Part shown: piece by piece, positions 1-8,125 of the stretch
How the letters are laid out: every line of letters starts with the position of its first letter
Numbering within the stretch: the first letter of the stretch is position 1
Assembly: GCA_964607415.1 (NCBI GenBank)
Contig: CAZSKK010000002.1
Coordinates: forward strand, 158,380-222,379
DNA length: 64,000 nucleotides
Reading direction: 5' to 3'
DNA from: an uncultured Candidatus Saccharibacteria bacterium
GTDB taxonomy: Bacteria > Patescibacteriota > Dojkabacteria > J137
Position numbers and translations under genes: made by a program
Notes under the pieces: generated by a model
The model's input: the letters and a program-made list of their open reading frames with translations, nothing else
Told to the model about the DNA's origin: nothing
Database searches by the model: none

Positions 1-426
1 AGCCCACATATCTTCTGGGTTTCTAATAGAAAGCCCTCTTATGGTGATATAGCTTCTTCCGACAATGTTTAAAATATTTGTTGCAACATTGTTTCCATTG
101 ATATCAGGTATCTCTGCTGGATAAGCCTCGACGATAATTGGATTTGCTACCGTCCCGGATGTAGGGAAGTTTATACTTGATGTTAATGTGTATGTTCCAC
201 CTCTTATAATTAATGTATCACCTTCACCAACAGCATTGTCTAGCGCATATTGAATCGTAGCGAACGGTTCAGCAAGTGTTCCGGGATTTGCATTACTTCC
301 AGTTGTAGCAACATAGTAAGTATTACCCAAAGATTGAACTTTTTCTATGGAGAAAAGTGTAATAGCAGCAAGTTCAAACACAACAAAAGCCACAGCAAAT
401 AGCTGCAAGAGTACTTTATTCTTCAT
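1..426 (-). CDS. Secreted right-handed beta-helix (pectate lyase-like/DUF1565) protein, runs off the window edge
   Basis: Not in ORF track. Translated by hand from ATG at 426: MKNKVLLQLFAVAFVVFELAAITLFSIEKVQSLGNTYYVATTGSNANPGTLAEPFATIQYALDNAVGEGDTLIIRGGTY. Signal/TM segment plus the YYV..G.N.NPGT...PF.TIQ.A......GDT..IRGG.Y motif. Confidence 0.85.
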   Translation of the reverse strand, partial: MKNKVLLQLFAVAFVVFELAAITLFSIEKVQSLGNTYYVATTGSNANPGTLAEPFATIQYALDNAVGEGDTLIIRGGTYTLTSSINFPTSGTVANPIIVEAYPAEIPDINGNNVATNILNIVGRSYITIRGLSIRNPEDMWA

Positions 427-606
427 TCTTATTGGCAGTAAAAATAGTTAAGTAAAGTGCTTAACTTTATACTACAATTTTCAAAATCAGAATGCAACCC
501 TATAGTTGAAGTGACTCCACCACCTAATGAATCCTAATTTGAACTAAGGGAAATAAGTTAATAAACCGCGTTATTTAGTGGTTAATGGATCTAGATTAAT
601 TACGCT

Positions 607-1047
607 TTAACGTTTTAGCATTTGTTTACGTATCTCCATCCAAATTTTGCCCATTTCATTTCTACCATTTCCATCAGGTCCGGTCCCCCAAAAACTATCA
701 AATGGATTATCTTCAATAATTTCAGCATCTCCCGATTTTATTAATGCATCACTTACTTCTTTATGTTGCTTGGCCTTTATCGAATTAAGATTCCTCATGA
801 TTTGTACCTTATCCTTTTGGGTTAATTGCTTTTGCAAATGTGAAAAATCATTGGCAACTTTTTTTGCCATAAGAGGACTATTGGCACCTATAATTTTTAA
901 TTTTATTTTTGGGTCATCAAACTTTGCCGCATGGTAAGCATGATCTACAGTTTTATACTCCTCTCCATTAACAATTATCGAATGCGCTGACCAGTTTGAA
1001 AGCATATAATATTCTTTTTCAAAAAAAGTTATCTGTTCTGTTTTCAA
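607..1047 (-). CDS. NADAR family (YbiA-like) N-glycosidase
   Basis: LSNW, Y.TVDHAYHAAKF and IIEDNPFDSFWG.G.DG.GRNEMGKIWM motifs; TTG start. Confidence 0.9.
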   Translation of the reverse strand: MKTEQITFFEKEYYMLSNWSAHSIIVNGEEYKTVDHAYHAAKFDDPKIKLKIIGANSPLMAKKVANDFSHLQKQLTQKDKVQIMRNLNSIKAKQHKEVSDALIKSGDAEIIEDNPFDSFWGTGPDGNGRNEMGKIWMEIRKQMLKR

Positions 1048-1146
1048 AATTTAAAAATTAATTTTGGTAAATTAAGGCACTTAGAGTACTTATAATATTT
1101 AGAACTTTGGGAACAAATTTAAAATTTTGGATTTATTTTTAGGATT

Positions 1147-1578
1147 TTAGTAGTTTTTCTCTCTAAAAACTAATATAAAACCATCCGGATCCTTAACCAC
1201 AATCTCTTTTGTCCCCCAAGGAAAATCAGTGATTTCTTTTGCTATTTCAAAATTATTTTTTTCACAAATTTCTAGAACTTCTTCTACTGAATTAACATCT
1301 ATCATTGCTGAAACTTTTGAACTCTTTATTAATTCTCTAAACACTTCCGGTTTAATTGCAATATGATCTTCACCTATTTCCAGCATTGCATTACCAAGAT
1401 TAAAAGTTACCCCTCTATATTTTTCTATTGCTTTAGGAAAATTAAATTTCTTAATAAAATCTTGCGGGCCATATGCAAATTCTTCCTCAAAACCAAATGA
1501 CTTGTAGAATCTATATGACTTTTCAAAGTCTTTTACTTTAATATGTATTCCTAATCTTGATAGTTTTAGTTTTCCCAT
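1147..1578 (-). CDS. VOC/glyoxalase family protein
   Basis: IHIKVKDFEKSYRFY..FGF and D.PWG.KE..VKDPDG motifs. Confidence 0.9.
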   Translation of the reverse strand: MGKLKLSRLGIHIKVKDFEKSYRFYKSFGFEEEFAYGPQDFIKKFNFPKAIEKYRGVTFNLGNAMLEIGEDHIAIKPEVFRELIKSSKVSAMIDVNSVEEVLEICEKNNFEIAKEITDFPWGTKEIVVKDPDGFILVFREKNY

Positions 1579-1691
1579 ATAGTTGTAAATTAAAAATATT
1601 TTAGGTTAATTTAGAGCTTTGGATTTCAGACTTCTGGCTTCTGACTTCTTCTAGGCTCTCAGAACTTCAAGGTTTTAATCAGCTTTTTAAT

Positions 1692-1759
1692 TACATACAT
1701 ACTTGCAAACATAATACAGTTTAGTGTAATATAAAGTAAATATGCAGATATACGTATAT
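1692..1759. promoter_or_regulatory. Putative promoter and operator-like sites between the divergent VOC and NDT-RHH genes
   Basis: TTGCAA(1703)-18 nt-TAATAT(1727); TACATACATAC at 1692-1702; perfect palindrome ATATACGTATAT at 1748-1759. Confidence 0.45.
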
Positions 1760-1790
1760 ATGTAAGATTAAGTTGATTGGCCAAGATGCT

Positions 1791-1821
1791 TCTTGAATCA
1801 TGAATCTTAATTCTTGAATCT
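1791..1821. repeat. Heptamer tandem microrepeat (TCTTGAA/TCATGAA/TCTTAAT family)
   Basis: tcttgaa tcatgaa tcttaat tcttgaa; related arrays at about 20331, 28153, 46543 and (reverse) 54231. Confidence 0.75.
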
Positions 1822-1848
1822 AATTGCTACCAACTTACCGCTAATTAT

Positions 1849-2403
1849 ATGAAAGTATTTTTTACCGCCTCCTACTCAGGAAAGCAAAAGTATCAAAAGT
1901 ACTACGACCTTGTTCTAAAAGCTATTCAATCAACAGGCGCAGATATCATTTCCCCTGAACTTAACAATTATAAAAAGATTTTGACTCAAGTTGAAATGAA
2001 TAGTCTAAAAACAGACAAGGAAATTCATTATGAAGCGATAAGAAAAGGGATTATTTGGGCCGACGTTGTAATAATAGAGATTAGTAATCCCGATTTTCAA
2101 CTAGGATATGAAGCAAACCTTGCCATCCAATCTAAAAAACCAGTTTTATGCCTTTCTACAATCGAAGATTTTAGCTTAAAAATACACCACCGTTTTTTTT
2201 ATGGTGCAAAATATACAAAGTTTAATGTAAAAGACTTTGTGGTTGATTTTATTGTAAAGCACAGAAAAGAATTACTTTCAGAAAGATTTAATTTTTTTAT
2301 TTCAAAATCACAACTTCAACATTTGACAATTCAGTCAGAGAAAAATGGAATTAATATGTCTGAATATCTAAGAAAACTAATAGAAGATGATATGATTAAT
2401 TAG
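1849..2403 (+). CDS. Nucleoside 2-deoxyribosyltransferase/DNPH1-like domain fused to a C-terminal ribbon-helix-helix (paralog 1)
   Basis: ADVVIIEISNPDFQLGYEANLAIQSKKPVLCL resembles the DNPH1/NDT core; ERFNFFIS..QLQHL...SEKNGINMSEYLRKLIEDD is an RHH pattern. Confidence 0.8.
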   Translation: MKVFFTASYSGKQKYQKYYDLVLKAIQSTGADIISPELNNYKKILTQVEMNSLKTDKEIHYEAIRKGIIWADVVIIEISNPDFQLGYEANLAIQSKKPVLCLSTIEDFSLKIHHRFFYGAKYTKFNVKDFVVDFIVKHRKELLSERFNFFISKSQLQHLTIQSEKNGINMSEYLRKLIEDDMIN

Positions 2404-3784
2404 TTTTAGCTTTGTGAAGTAATGTTAAGGAAATTAATGGAAAGAGATTTAAATACATATAGTTCCATGTAACAGCATTAAATTGTATAAATACAAAAAA
2501 TACAACGCTCAAAAAGAAAAGTAAACCGCTAAAAGTTTTCATGTGCTTCAAAGAAAGCAAACCAACAATAGCACTTAAACCTATTTGAAAAGGATAAATC
2601 AAGTTCTTAAGTTTAAAAACTTGCATTATTGGTGTTAAATGAATTGCTGTTTCTGACCACCAGCCATCCTTTATTGTCTGGCTATAGAATTCAATTGTAT
2701 GAATCCTATACGATTCAAAATCAGGAAGAACAAACGCCAGAAGCAACCCGATGCCAAGGATAAGTGAGCTAATACATACAAATATCGCTTGTTTTATTTG
2801 GTATTTTTTTAAAATATAAACAAAAACAAACGGAGTAAAAATCCATGCCCACACCTGTGTAAATATTCCAATCCCCCATGCAATTGCAAAGTGATTAAGC
2901 TTATTTCTTGATAAATAATAAAGACTTGAAATTAATAAAAACCAAAACGGAGGATCGTATAGATCCGATCTGGTTATTTTATAAGGAGTCAATAAAAATA
3001 TGGTTATAATCAATATAAAAAAGATCGCTCGTAAGTCAAAAGTTATTTTTTGCCTTGACTTATAAAAGAACTTATACAAAACAGTAACAACTCCCAAATT
3101 ATATAAAATGCTTAAAAATCTAGGATCAAATCCCAAAATTACACTTGGAATATAAAATAAAAAAGTACCTGGCTGCCTTACTGCCTGAGTAAAACTTCCG
3201 TTATCAAGTAAAAAAAACTGATAAATACTCTCTCCTTTTAAAAAAGCATCTCCTTGTTTAAGAATGATAGGCATAAGATCTGTAACTTTTGCCGTAATTG
3301 GAAAGTAATAAATTTGGAGTAATGAGAAAGCGATAAATGTTAGTAGTATTATAAAAAAAGCTTCCTTTACTTTTTTAGCAAATAGAAATAAACAAAAACT
3401 TATTAGGCAAGCTATCCAAACTAACCACACAATACCCTTCTGCTTTTCTATGCCCAAAGAATCTATGTTTTTGATAGTCAAAACTGAAATGGCAAGTAAA
3501 TTAAATGCAAAAATCAGTACAACTACATATAAAAAATAATGCATTGTAATAGTTTGTTTACCCAATGTGAAATTGTATTTTCTGAAGATTAAAATAATGT
3601 TAAAAAAAACTATAGAACTTAACACCCCAAGAATCAAACTTAAAAGCTTTCTATCAATGTCCGAATCAAGCGGGAAGAAGCCATCACCTTTAATTGTTAG
3701 GATTGTAGCCAACGCAAAAAAAAGTGATCCATTTATAAATAAACTTATTTGGAACTTTTTTAAATTATTATTTTTAATTCTCAT
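2396..3784 (-). CDS. Polytopic membrane protein, probable GT-C fold glycosyltransferase
   Basis: Many TM segments; TD...I...G..FL.G.SIY loop, P..LGFDPR and D.PFW..L motifs typical of GT87/DUF2029-like enzymes. Confidence 0.55.
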   Translation of the reverse strand: MRIKNNNLKKFQISLFINGSLFFALATILTIKGDGFFPLDSDIDRKLLSLILGVLSSIVFFNIILIFRKYNFTLGKQTITMHYFLYVVVLIFAFNLLAISVLTIKNIDSLGIEKQKGIVWLVWIACLISFCLFLFAKKVKEAFFIILLTFIAFSLLQIYYFPITAKVTDLMPIILKQGDAFLKGESIYQFFLLDNGSFTQAVRQPGTFLFYIPSVILGFDPRFLSILYNLGVVTVLYKFFYKSRQKITFDLRAIFFILIITIFLLTPYKITRSDLYDPPFWFLLISSLYYLSRNKLNHFAIAWGIGIFTQVWAWIFTPFVFVYILKKYQIKQAIFVCISSLILGIGLLLAFVLPDFESYRIHTIEFYSQTIKDGWWSETAIHLTPIMQVFKLKNLIYPFQIGLSAIVGLLSLKHMKTFSGLLFFLSVVFFVFIQFNAVTWNYMYLNLFPLISLTLLHKAKTN

Positions 3785-3814
3785 AAACTTTAACTTCCTG
3801 TAAAATCAATTACC

Positions 3815-4468
3815 ATGATTTCGAAAGAACTAAACAAAAAAATATTAGCATTTTTTCTTTCTATTGTTTTTACAATAATATTTCTGCACATTACATTAAG
3901 CCAAGTTAGAGTTTTTGGTAAACACGACAGCATTTTTTATATGGATAGCCCTATCAGCCTTGCTAACCATTATGTTACAGTTATAAGTTTTATTGCTGCG
4001 TCCATTTTTTTATTATTTTTAACTACCTCAAAGCTGCAAATAAAAGAAAAAATAATTTATGCCATATTTTCATTATTTCTTTTTGCCCTTTCCTTTGATG
4101 AATACATAGAAATTCATGAAGCCAGTATTGATTTAGTAAAAAAATACTTTCCTGATAGCGATTTCGCAAGCGTTCTAGAACTGAGTTGGGTTTTGGTTCT
4201 GCTTGTCCCAATAATTGGTTTTATTGTGTTTGTAATTTTTTCAACTTTCAAAGAACGAAACAGTACTGTAAGAAAGCTATTGATAACTGGAATTATTCTT
4301 TTTTCTTTAATTCTTATTTCCGAAGTAGTTGGAGTTAATAGCTATAGCCATTCAAACCTATACTTTTCATTAGTTACGATTGAAGAATCGTCTGAAATGC
4401 TTTGTGTTACAATATTTTTATATGCAGCTCTAGAGAAACTACTTGAAAGCAGTAATATAAAAAGTTAA
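3815..4468 (+). CDS. Membrane protein with S.DE...IHE and EE..E motifs
   Basis: About 6 TMs; LSFDEYIEIHE and IEESSEM; distantly similar to 7472-8125. Confidence 0.7.
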   Translation: MISKELNKKILAFFLSIVFTIIFLHITLSQVRVFGKHDSIFYMDSPISLANHYVTVISFIAASIFLLFLTTSKLQIKEKIIYAIFSLFLFALSFDEYIEIHEASIDLVKKYFPDSDFASVLELSWVLVLLVPIIGFIVFVIFSTFKERNSTVRKLLITGIILFSLILISEVVGVNSYSHSNLYFSLVTIEESSEMLCVTIFLYAALEKLLESSNIKS

Positions 4469-4500
4469 ATTTAAAGTATTAAAAATTTAAAATATACCTT

Positions 4501-4986
4501 ATGGGGAAAAAAACAGCGAGTTCTCAAAAACCTTTTGTCTCTAGTCAAGAACTTGTTCGAGGGTTTTTAATATTTTCAACCGTGTACTTCCCAGTCTCTG
4601 TTCTTTTTTTAAATAACGGAAAGCTTGAAGAACTAATCCTTGGTATTTTCACTTTTTTGCTAGCTTCAACCGGAATTATTTTAATTGCAAAATATCTTTG
4701 GATTGTTGGCGAATTTTTAAATGGCGCAAGAAGCAAACTAGGCGATCTTTTCAGATCATACTTTACTATGGTATTTTTACCTTTATGCATGTTTAAAGTC
4801 TTTGCATATAATATTTTGCAATTGATTCCAACATCCAATACTAATGAACTTTACTGCGACATAAGACATTTTGTATTAGGTATTTACCAAGTTACGGATC
4901 CACAATTTATTTTAAACTACTTAATTTTAGGTAGTTTAGTATTTATAGGATTACTAACAATTAGAAAGCTTACGCCCGTTGAATAA
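4501..4986 (+). CDS. Hypothetical membrane protein
   Basis: 161 aa ORF with about 4 hydrophobic segments; TAAAAT 7 nt upstream of ATG. Confidence 0.6.
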   Translation: MGKKTASSQKPFVSSQELVRGFLIFSTVYFPVSVLFLNNGKLEELILGIFTFLLASTGIILIAKYLWIVGEFLNGARSKLGDLFRSYFTMVFLPLCMFKVFAYNILQLIPTSNTNELYCDIRHFVLGIYQVTDPQFILNYLILGSLVFIGLLTIRKLTPVE

Positions 4987-5553
4987 AAAGATTTAAACCC
5001 TTTTGCCTTAAGATAATAGTTAAGACCATCGTTATATTTACAAGAAAAATGTAGCCTGGGAATCCAATGTCGCGCATACTGTATGTTTCTAGCGAAAGCA
5101 GCACTAAAACTGAGGCTACAACATCACAAAAATAAAATTTTGCCACCTCTGTAAATGGCTGTCTATAAGCCTTGATAATCGATGGGCTTGTTCCAATAAA
5201 ATCAGTAAGTATAGATAGATAAAGTGCTATTATAGGATTTGAAGTTGAATACCATATTAACAAAGTTATACCTGCAGTAATTAATACAGAAATATCTAGC
5301 TTACTTTTCCCTCCCATTCCATACCTAAGTGACAACAAAAAAAGTATTATACATGCGCCCAATTGAACTATTGCTACAAAAAGCCCTTTTCTTTCACCCG
5401 ATAAAAACAAAGTCGCTACATATAATGAAACAATTATCACATAAATAAACCAGTTCTTTGAGGCTTATACTCTCCTTTGAAAATAGACACAATGGCGATT
5501 ACAGGACCTACAAGTGAGACCAAAATTGATGTAAAAAGAAAAACTTCTTTCAT
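4970..5553 (-). pseudogene. Frameshifted polytopic membrane protein (possibly PQ-loop-like)
   Basis: ATG at 5553 overlaps the upstream stop (ATGA) and reads MKEVFLFTSILVSLVGPVIAIVSIFKGEYKPQRT, then stops at 5439-5437. Another frame continues WFIYVIIVSLY... to 4970; shift near 5452. Confidence 0.7.
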
Positions 5554-5897
5554 GAATTAGATTCTAAAAATGTAGTATATAAATTTTTAAAATATGGCGG
5601 GAAATCTTCTATGTTTGAATCAAAAACCGATTGAAACCAGAAGCAGTTTCTAAGATATGCCCTTAAACCTATTGGATGAACACCTTGTGTAAAACCATTG
5701 TCTTTTAACTCATCTATTTCATCGATATCTATATAGACTTTTACAAATATCTTACCTGCTTGTACAGCAAATAAAAAACCGCTTACAACAGCACAAGTAC
5801 CATCCAAATTATCGACATTTCTTTGCCAATCATCAGGCAATGCTTCCATTCCCAGCATTTCTAGTGGGACAGGCACGTTATAGTTAAGACTTTCCAT
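5550..5897 (-). CDS. Hypothetical protein
   Basis: ORF; probable start MESLNY at 5897; stop coupled to the next gene. Confidence 0.55.
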   Translation of the reverse strand: MESLNYNVPVPLEMLGMEALPDDWQRNVDNLDGTCAVVSGFLFAVQAGKIFVKVYIDIDEIDELKDNGFTQGVHPIGLRAYLRNCFWFQSVFDSNIEDFPPYFKNLYTTFLESNS

Positions 5898-5961
5898 AAA
5901 CTTTCCACGCAATAAATTATTTGTTATGATTTTAAAGTATTTATCTGTCAACCTAAATCAG

Positions 5962-6786
5962 ATGTCCGGAATGCCAGACAACTTAATTAATAATTTGAAG
6001 GTTTTTGGTTTATCTACCGAAGAGGCCGAACTTTATATCTTATTAATTAAAAAGGGGGCACTTACAGCTTTAAATATAAGTCGAGACCTAAAAATTGCCC
6101 GAACGAAAGTATACCGTCTCCTAGAAAAATTAAAGGAAAAGGGATTTGTAGTAGAAGAAATACAAAGCTATGGTTCAAAATTTAAGGCTGAATCATACGA
6201 AAGATTTAATGCAATAATTAAGGACAAAGAGGAAGAGCTTAAGCACATAAAAAATCACTCCGCCGAGCTTTTTAATACACTCGCCTCTCTTCAATCAGTG
6301 GATAATCAAAACTCTAAAATCTTGTACTACAAAGGAGTTGAAGGGCTTAAGCAAGTAACTTGGAACAGTTTAAAAGCAAAAAACATTCTAAGAATATTCG
6401 AAATAAAAGATATGTCAGGGTTCTTGAGCTTTGATTTTGCTGAAAAAGTAAGACAAGAGCTTGTAGAAAGGAAAATAATGACCCATCAACTTACCAATTT
6501 ACCCAAAATTGAGGGGTATTCAGAAAACACTACCCATGTAACAAAATTTTGGACTCCACGATATATCAATCCTGAATTCCTAAATATTGATTTTGAAATT
6601 TTAATTTATAACGATGTTTACTGCATGTATAACTATAAAGATGATGACATTTTTATCGTTGAGATTTATAATGAAAAGCTAGCTAGAATGCAAAAAAAGA
6701 TTTTTGATTTTGTATGGAGCCAGTCACTACCAATGCAGATATTAAACAATAAAGGTGAAGCAGCAATAAAAAGCGTCCGTGCTTAG
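5962..6786 (+). CDS. TrmB family transcriptional regulator
   Basis: L..FGLSTEEAELY..L...G......ISR.LKIARTKVY..L..L..KGFV wHTH, plus YKGVEGLKQ and EILIYND effector domain; start could be 5926, 5962 or 5971. Confidence 0.88.
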   Translation: MSGMPDNLINNLKVFGLSTEEAELYILLIKKGALTALNISRDLKIARTKVYRLLEKLKEKGFVVEEIQSYGSKFKAESYERFNAIIKDKEEELKHIKNHSAELFNTLASLQSVDNQNSKILYYKGVEGLKQVTWNSLKAKNILRIFEIKDMSGFLSFDFAEKVRQELVERKIMTHQLTNLPKIEGYSENTTHVTKFWTPRYINPEFLNIDFEILIYNDVYCMYNYKDDDIFIVEIYNEKLARMQKKIFDFVWSQSLPMQILNNKGEAAIKSVRA

Positions 6787-6834
6787 GACAAAATAATTAA
6801 AAAAGTATAAATAAATAAGATTGTTTTTAAAATC

Positions 6835-7482
6835 ATGGTTTTAAAATTCTTGAAACAATTGATTGATGGGTTTAGAAAATACTCCTTTGAGCTGTTCATA
6901 GGCTTTGCAATTTTTTTGTCTGGACTAACCTCTGCATATATAGCTGGCCAGTTTTTGGACACCAATTATCCAAATCCTGCACGCCCAGACGATTTGATTT
7001 TAGATAGCATAGACGAAATTAAAGTTCTTGTTTTAGTTGCAGAAATTACTTCAACTACGGTATCACTGTTTATTGTGCATAAAGCTTTAGCAACCAGACT
7101 CAAAGAATTGCCAGAATACTTCACAAAAATAGGAATTTTATACATCTTAAGATCCATTTCCATAGTTGTTACCCCTCTGGCGCAAATTCAGGATGCGGCA
7201 ACAAACGGTAGCAACCCTTTACTTGCAAGTTTATTCTATAAAGGTATGTTTTTTTCTGGCCATACCGGCCTGGCTTTTCTAATTTACTTTTTAGAAAAGA
7301 AGAACAAAAAACTTAAAATTGCCAAACTTTTTGTAGCTACAGTAACTGCAGTTTCTGTTGTACTTTCCCACTCGCACTATACTATTGATGTAATTGGCGG
7401 ATTCTTGGCAGCTTACTTTGTTGCCAATTTAAATGTAAGCTTAATTAACAAAAAGAACTTCAAAATATTTGATGATAAGTAG
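6835..7482 (+). CDS. PAP2-superfamily membrane enzyme, sphingomyelin-synthase/PAP2_C-like
   Basis: LRS.S...T.L, MFFSGHT and H.HYTIDV motifs (catalytic His-His-Asp). Confidence 0.85.
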   Translation: MVLKFLKQLIDGFRKYSFELFIGFAIFLSGLTSAYIAGQFLDTNYPNPARPDDLILDSIDEIKVLVLVAEITSTTVSLFIVHKALATRLKELPEYFTKIGILYILRSISIVVTPLAQIQDAATNGSNPLLASLFYKGMFFSGHTGLAFLIYFLEKKNKKLKIAKLFVATVTAVSVVLSHSHYTIDVIGGFLAAYFVANLNVSLINKKNFKIFDDK

Positions 7483-8125
7483 CATCTTTACCATAAAGAA
7501 GTTTTTCTTATTATCACTAGCAGCTTTTCTGTTAGCCTTTTTGTTCATATTTTTACATTTTTACCTCTATTTCGATTTAATCCGCTTTGATAAAGACAGA
7601 TCCTTGCAAGAATTAGTTGAAATAACATTACTTATAGCTTCTAGTCTCATTTGCAATGAAATTATTTTTAAAACCACAAAAAACTTTGTTTTCAAAATTT
7701 TGAGCTTTATTCTCCTTTTTGCAGCTTTCGACGACCTATTCGGTGTTCATGAAATTTTTGGCGCGCTATTTTCGTACATGATGCTTACAAAATCAATTGC
7801 TGAGTCTTTAGGCTCGGAACCGCAAGATATCGGAGAAATGTTTTACTTTGGGAGCCAGGGTATATTTTTTTCTTGGTTATTGATAAAAGATTATAGAAGC
7901 ATAAAATTCGGAATGGCCCCAATACTAATTAGTTCTTTATTCATTTTTACAGGTGGAGTTTTAATTGATTTTTTCAGATCGTTCAGCTTTTTTCCTGAAA
8001 TAAAAAACATCGGGTTTTTTGAAGATTTTATTGAATATCTAGGAATAAATCTTATTTTCCTTTCAACTTTCTACTATACTGTAGGTGTATTTAAAAAAGT
8101 GAAAAATGTCCCAACCTCTAAATGA
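7472..8125 (+). CDS. Membrane protein with DD...VHE and ED..E motifs
   Basis: AAFDDLFGVHE, QDIGE, IDF, FEDFIEY; multiple TMs. Confidence 0.7.
   Translation: MISSIFTIKKFFLLSLAAFLLAFLFIFLHFYLYFDLIRFDKDRSLQELVEITLLIASSLICNEIIFKTTKNFVFKILSFILLFAAFDDLFGVHEIFGALFSYMMLTKSIAESLGSEPQDIGEMFYFGSQGIFFSWLLIKDYRSIKFGMAPILISSLFIFTGGVLIDFFRSFSFFPEIKNIGFFEDFIEYLGINLIFLSTFYYTVGVFKKVKNVPTSK

Noticed and set aside
5963-5980. TGTC-N10-GACA as TrmB-1 operator
   Set aside because: Only 4-bp arms and overlaps probable coding sequence; too weak alone
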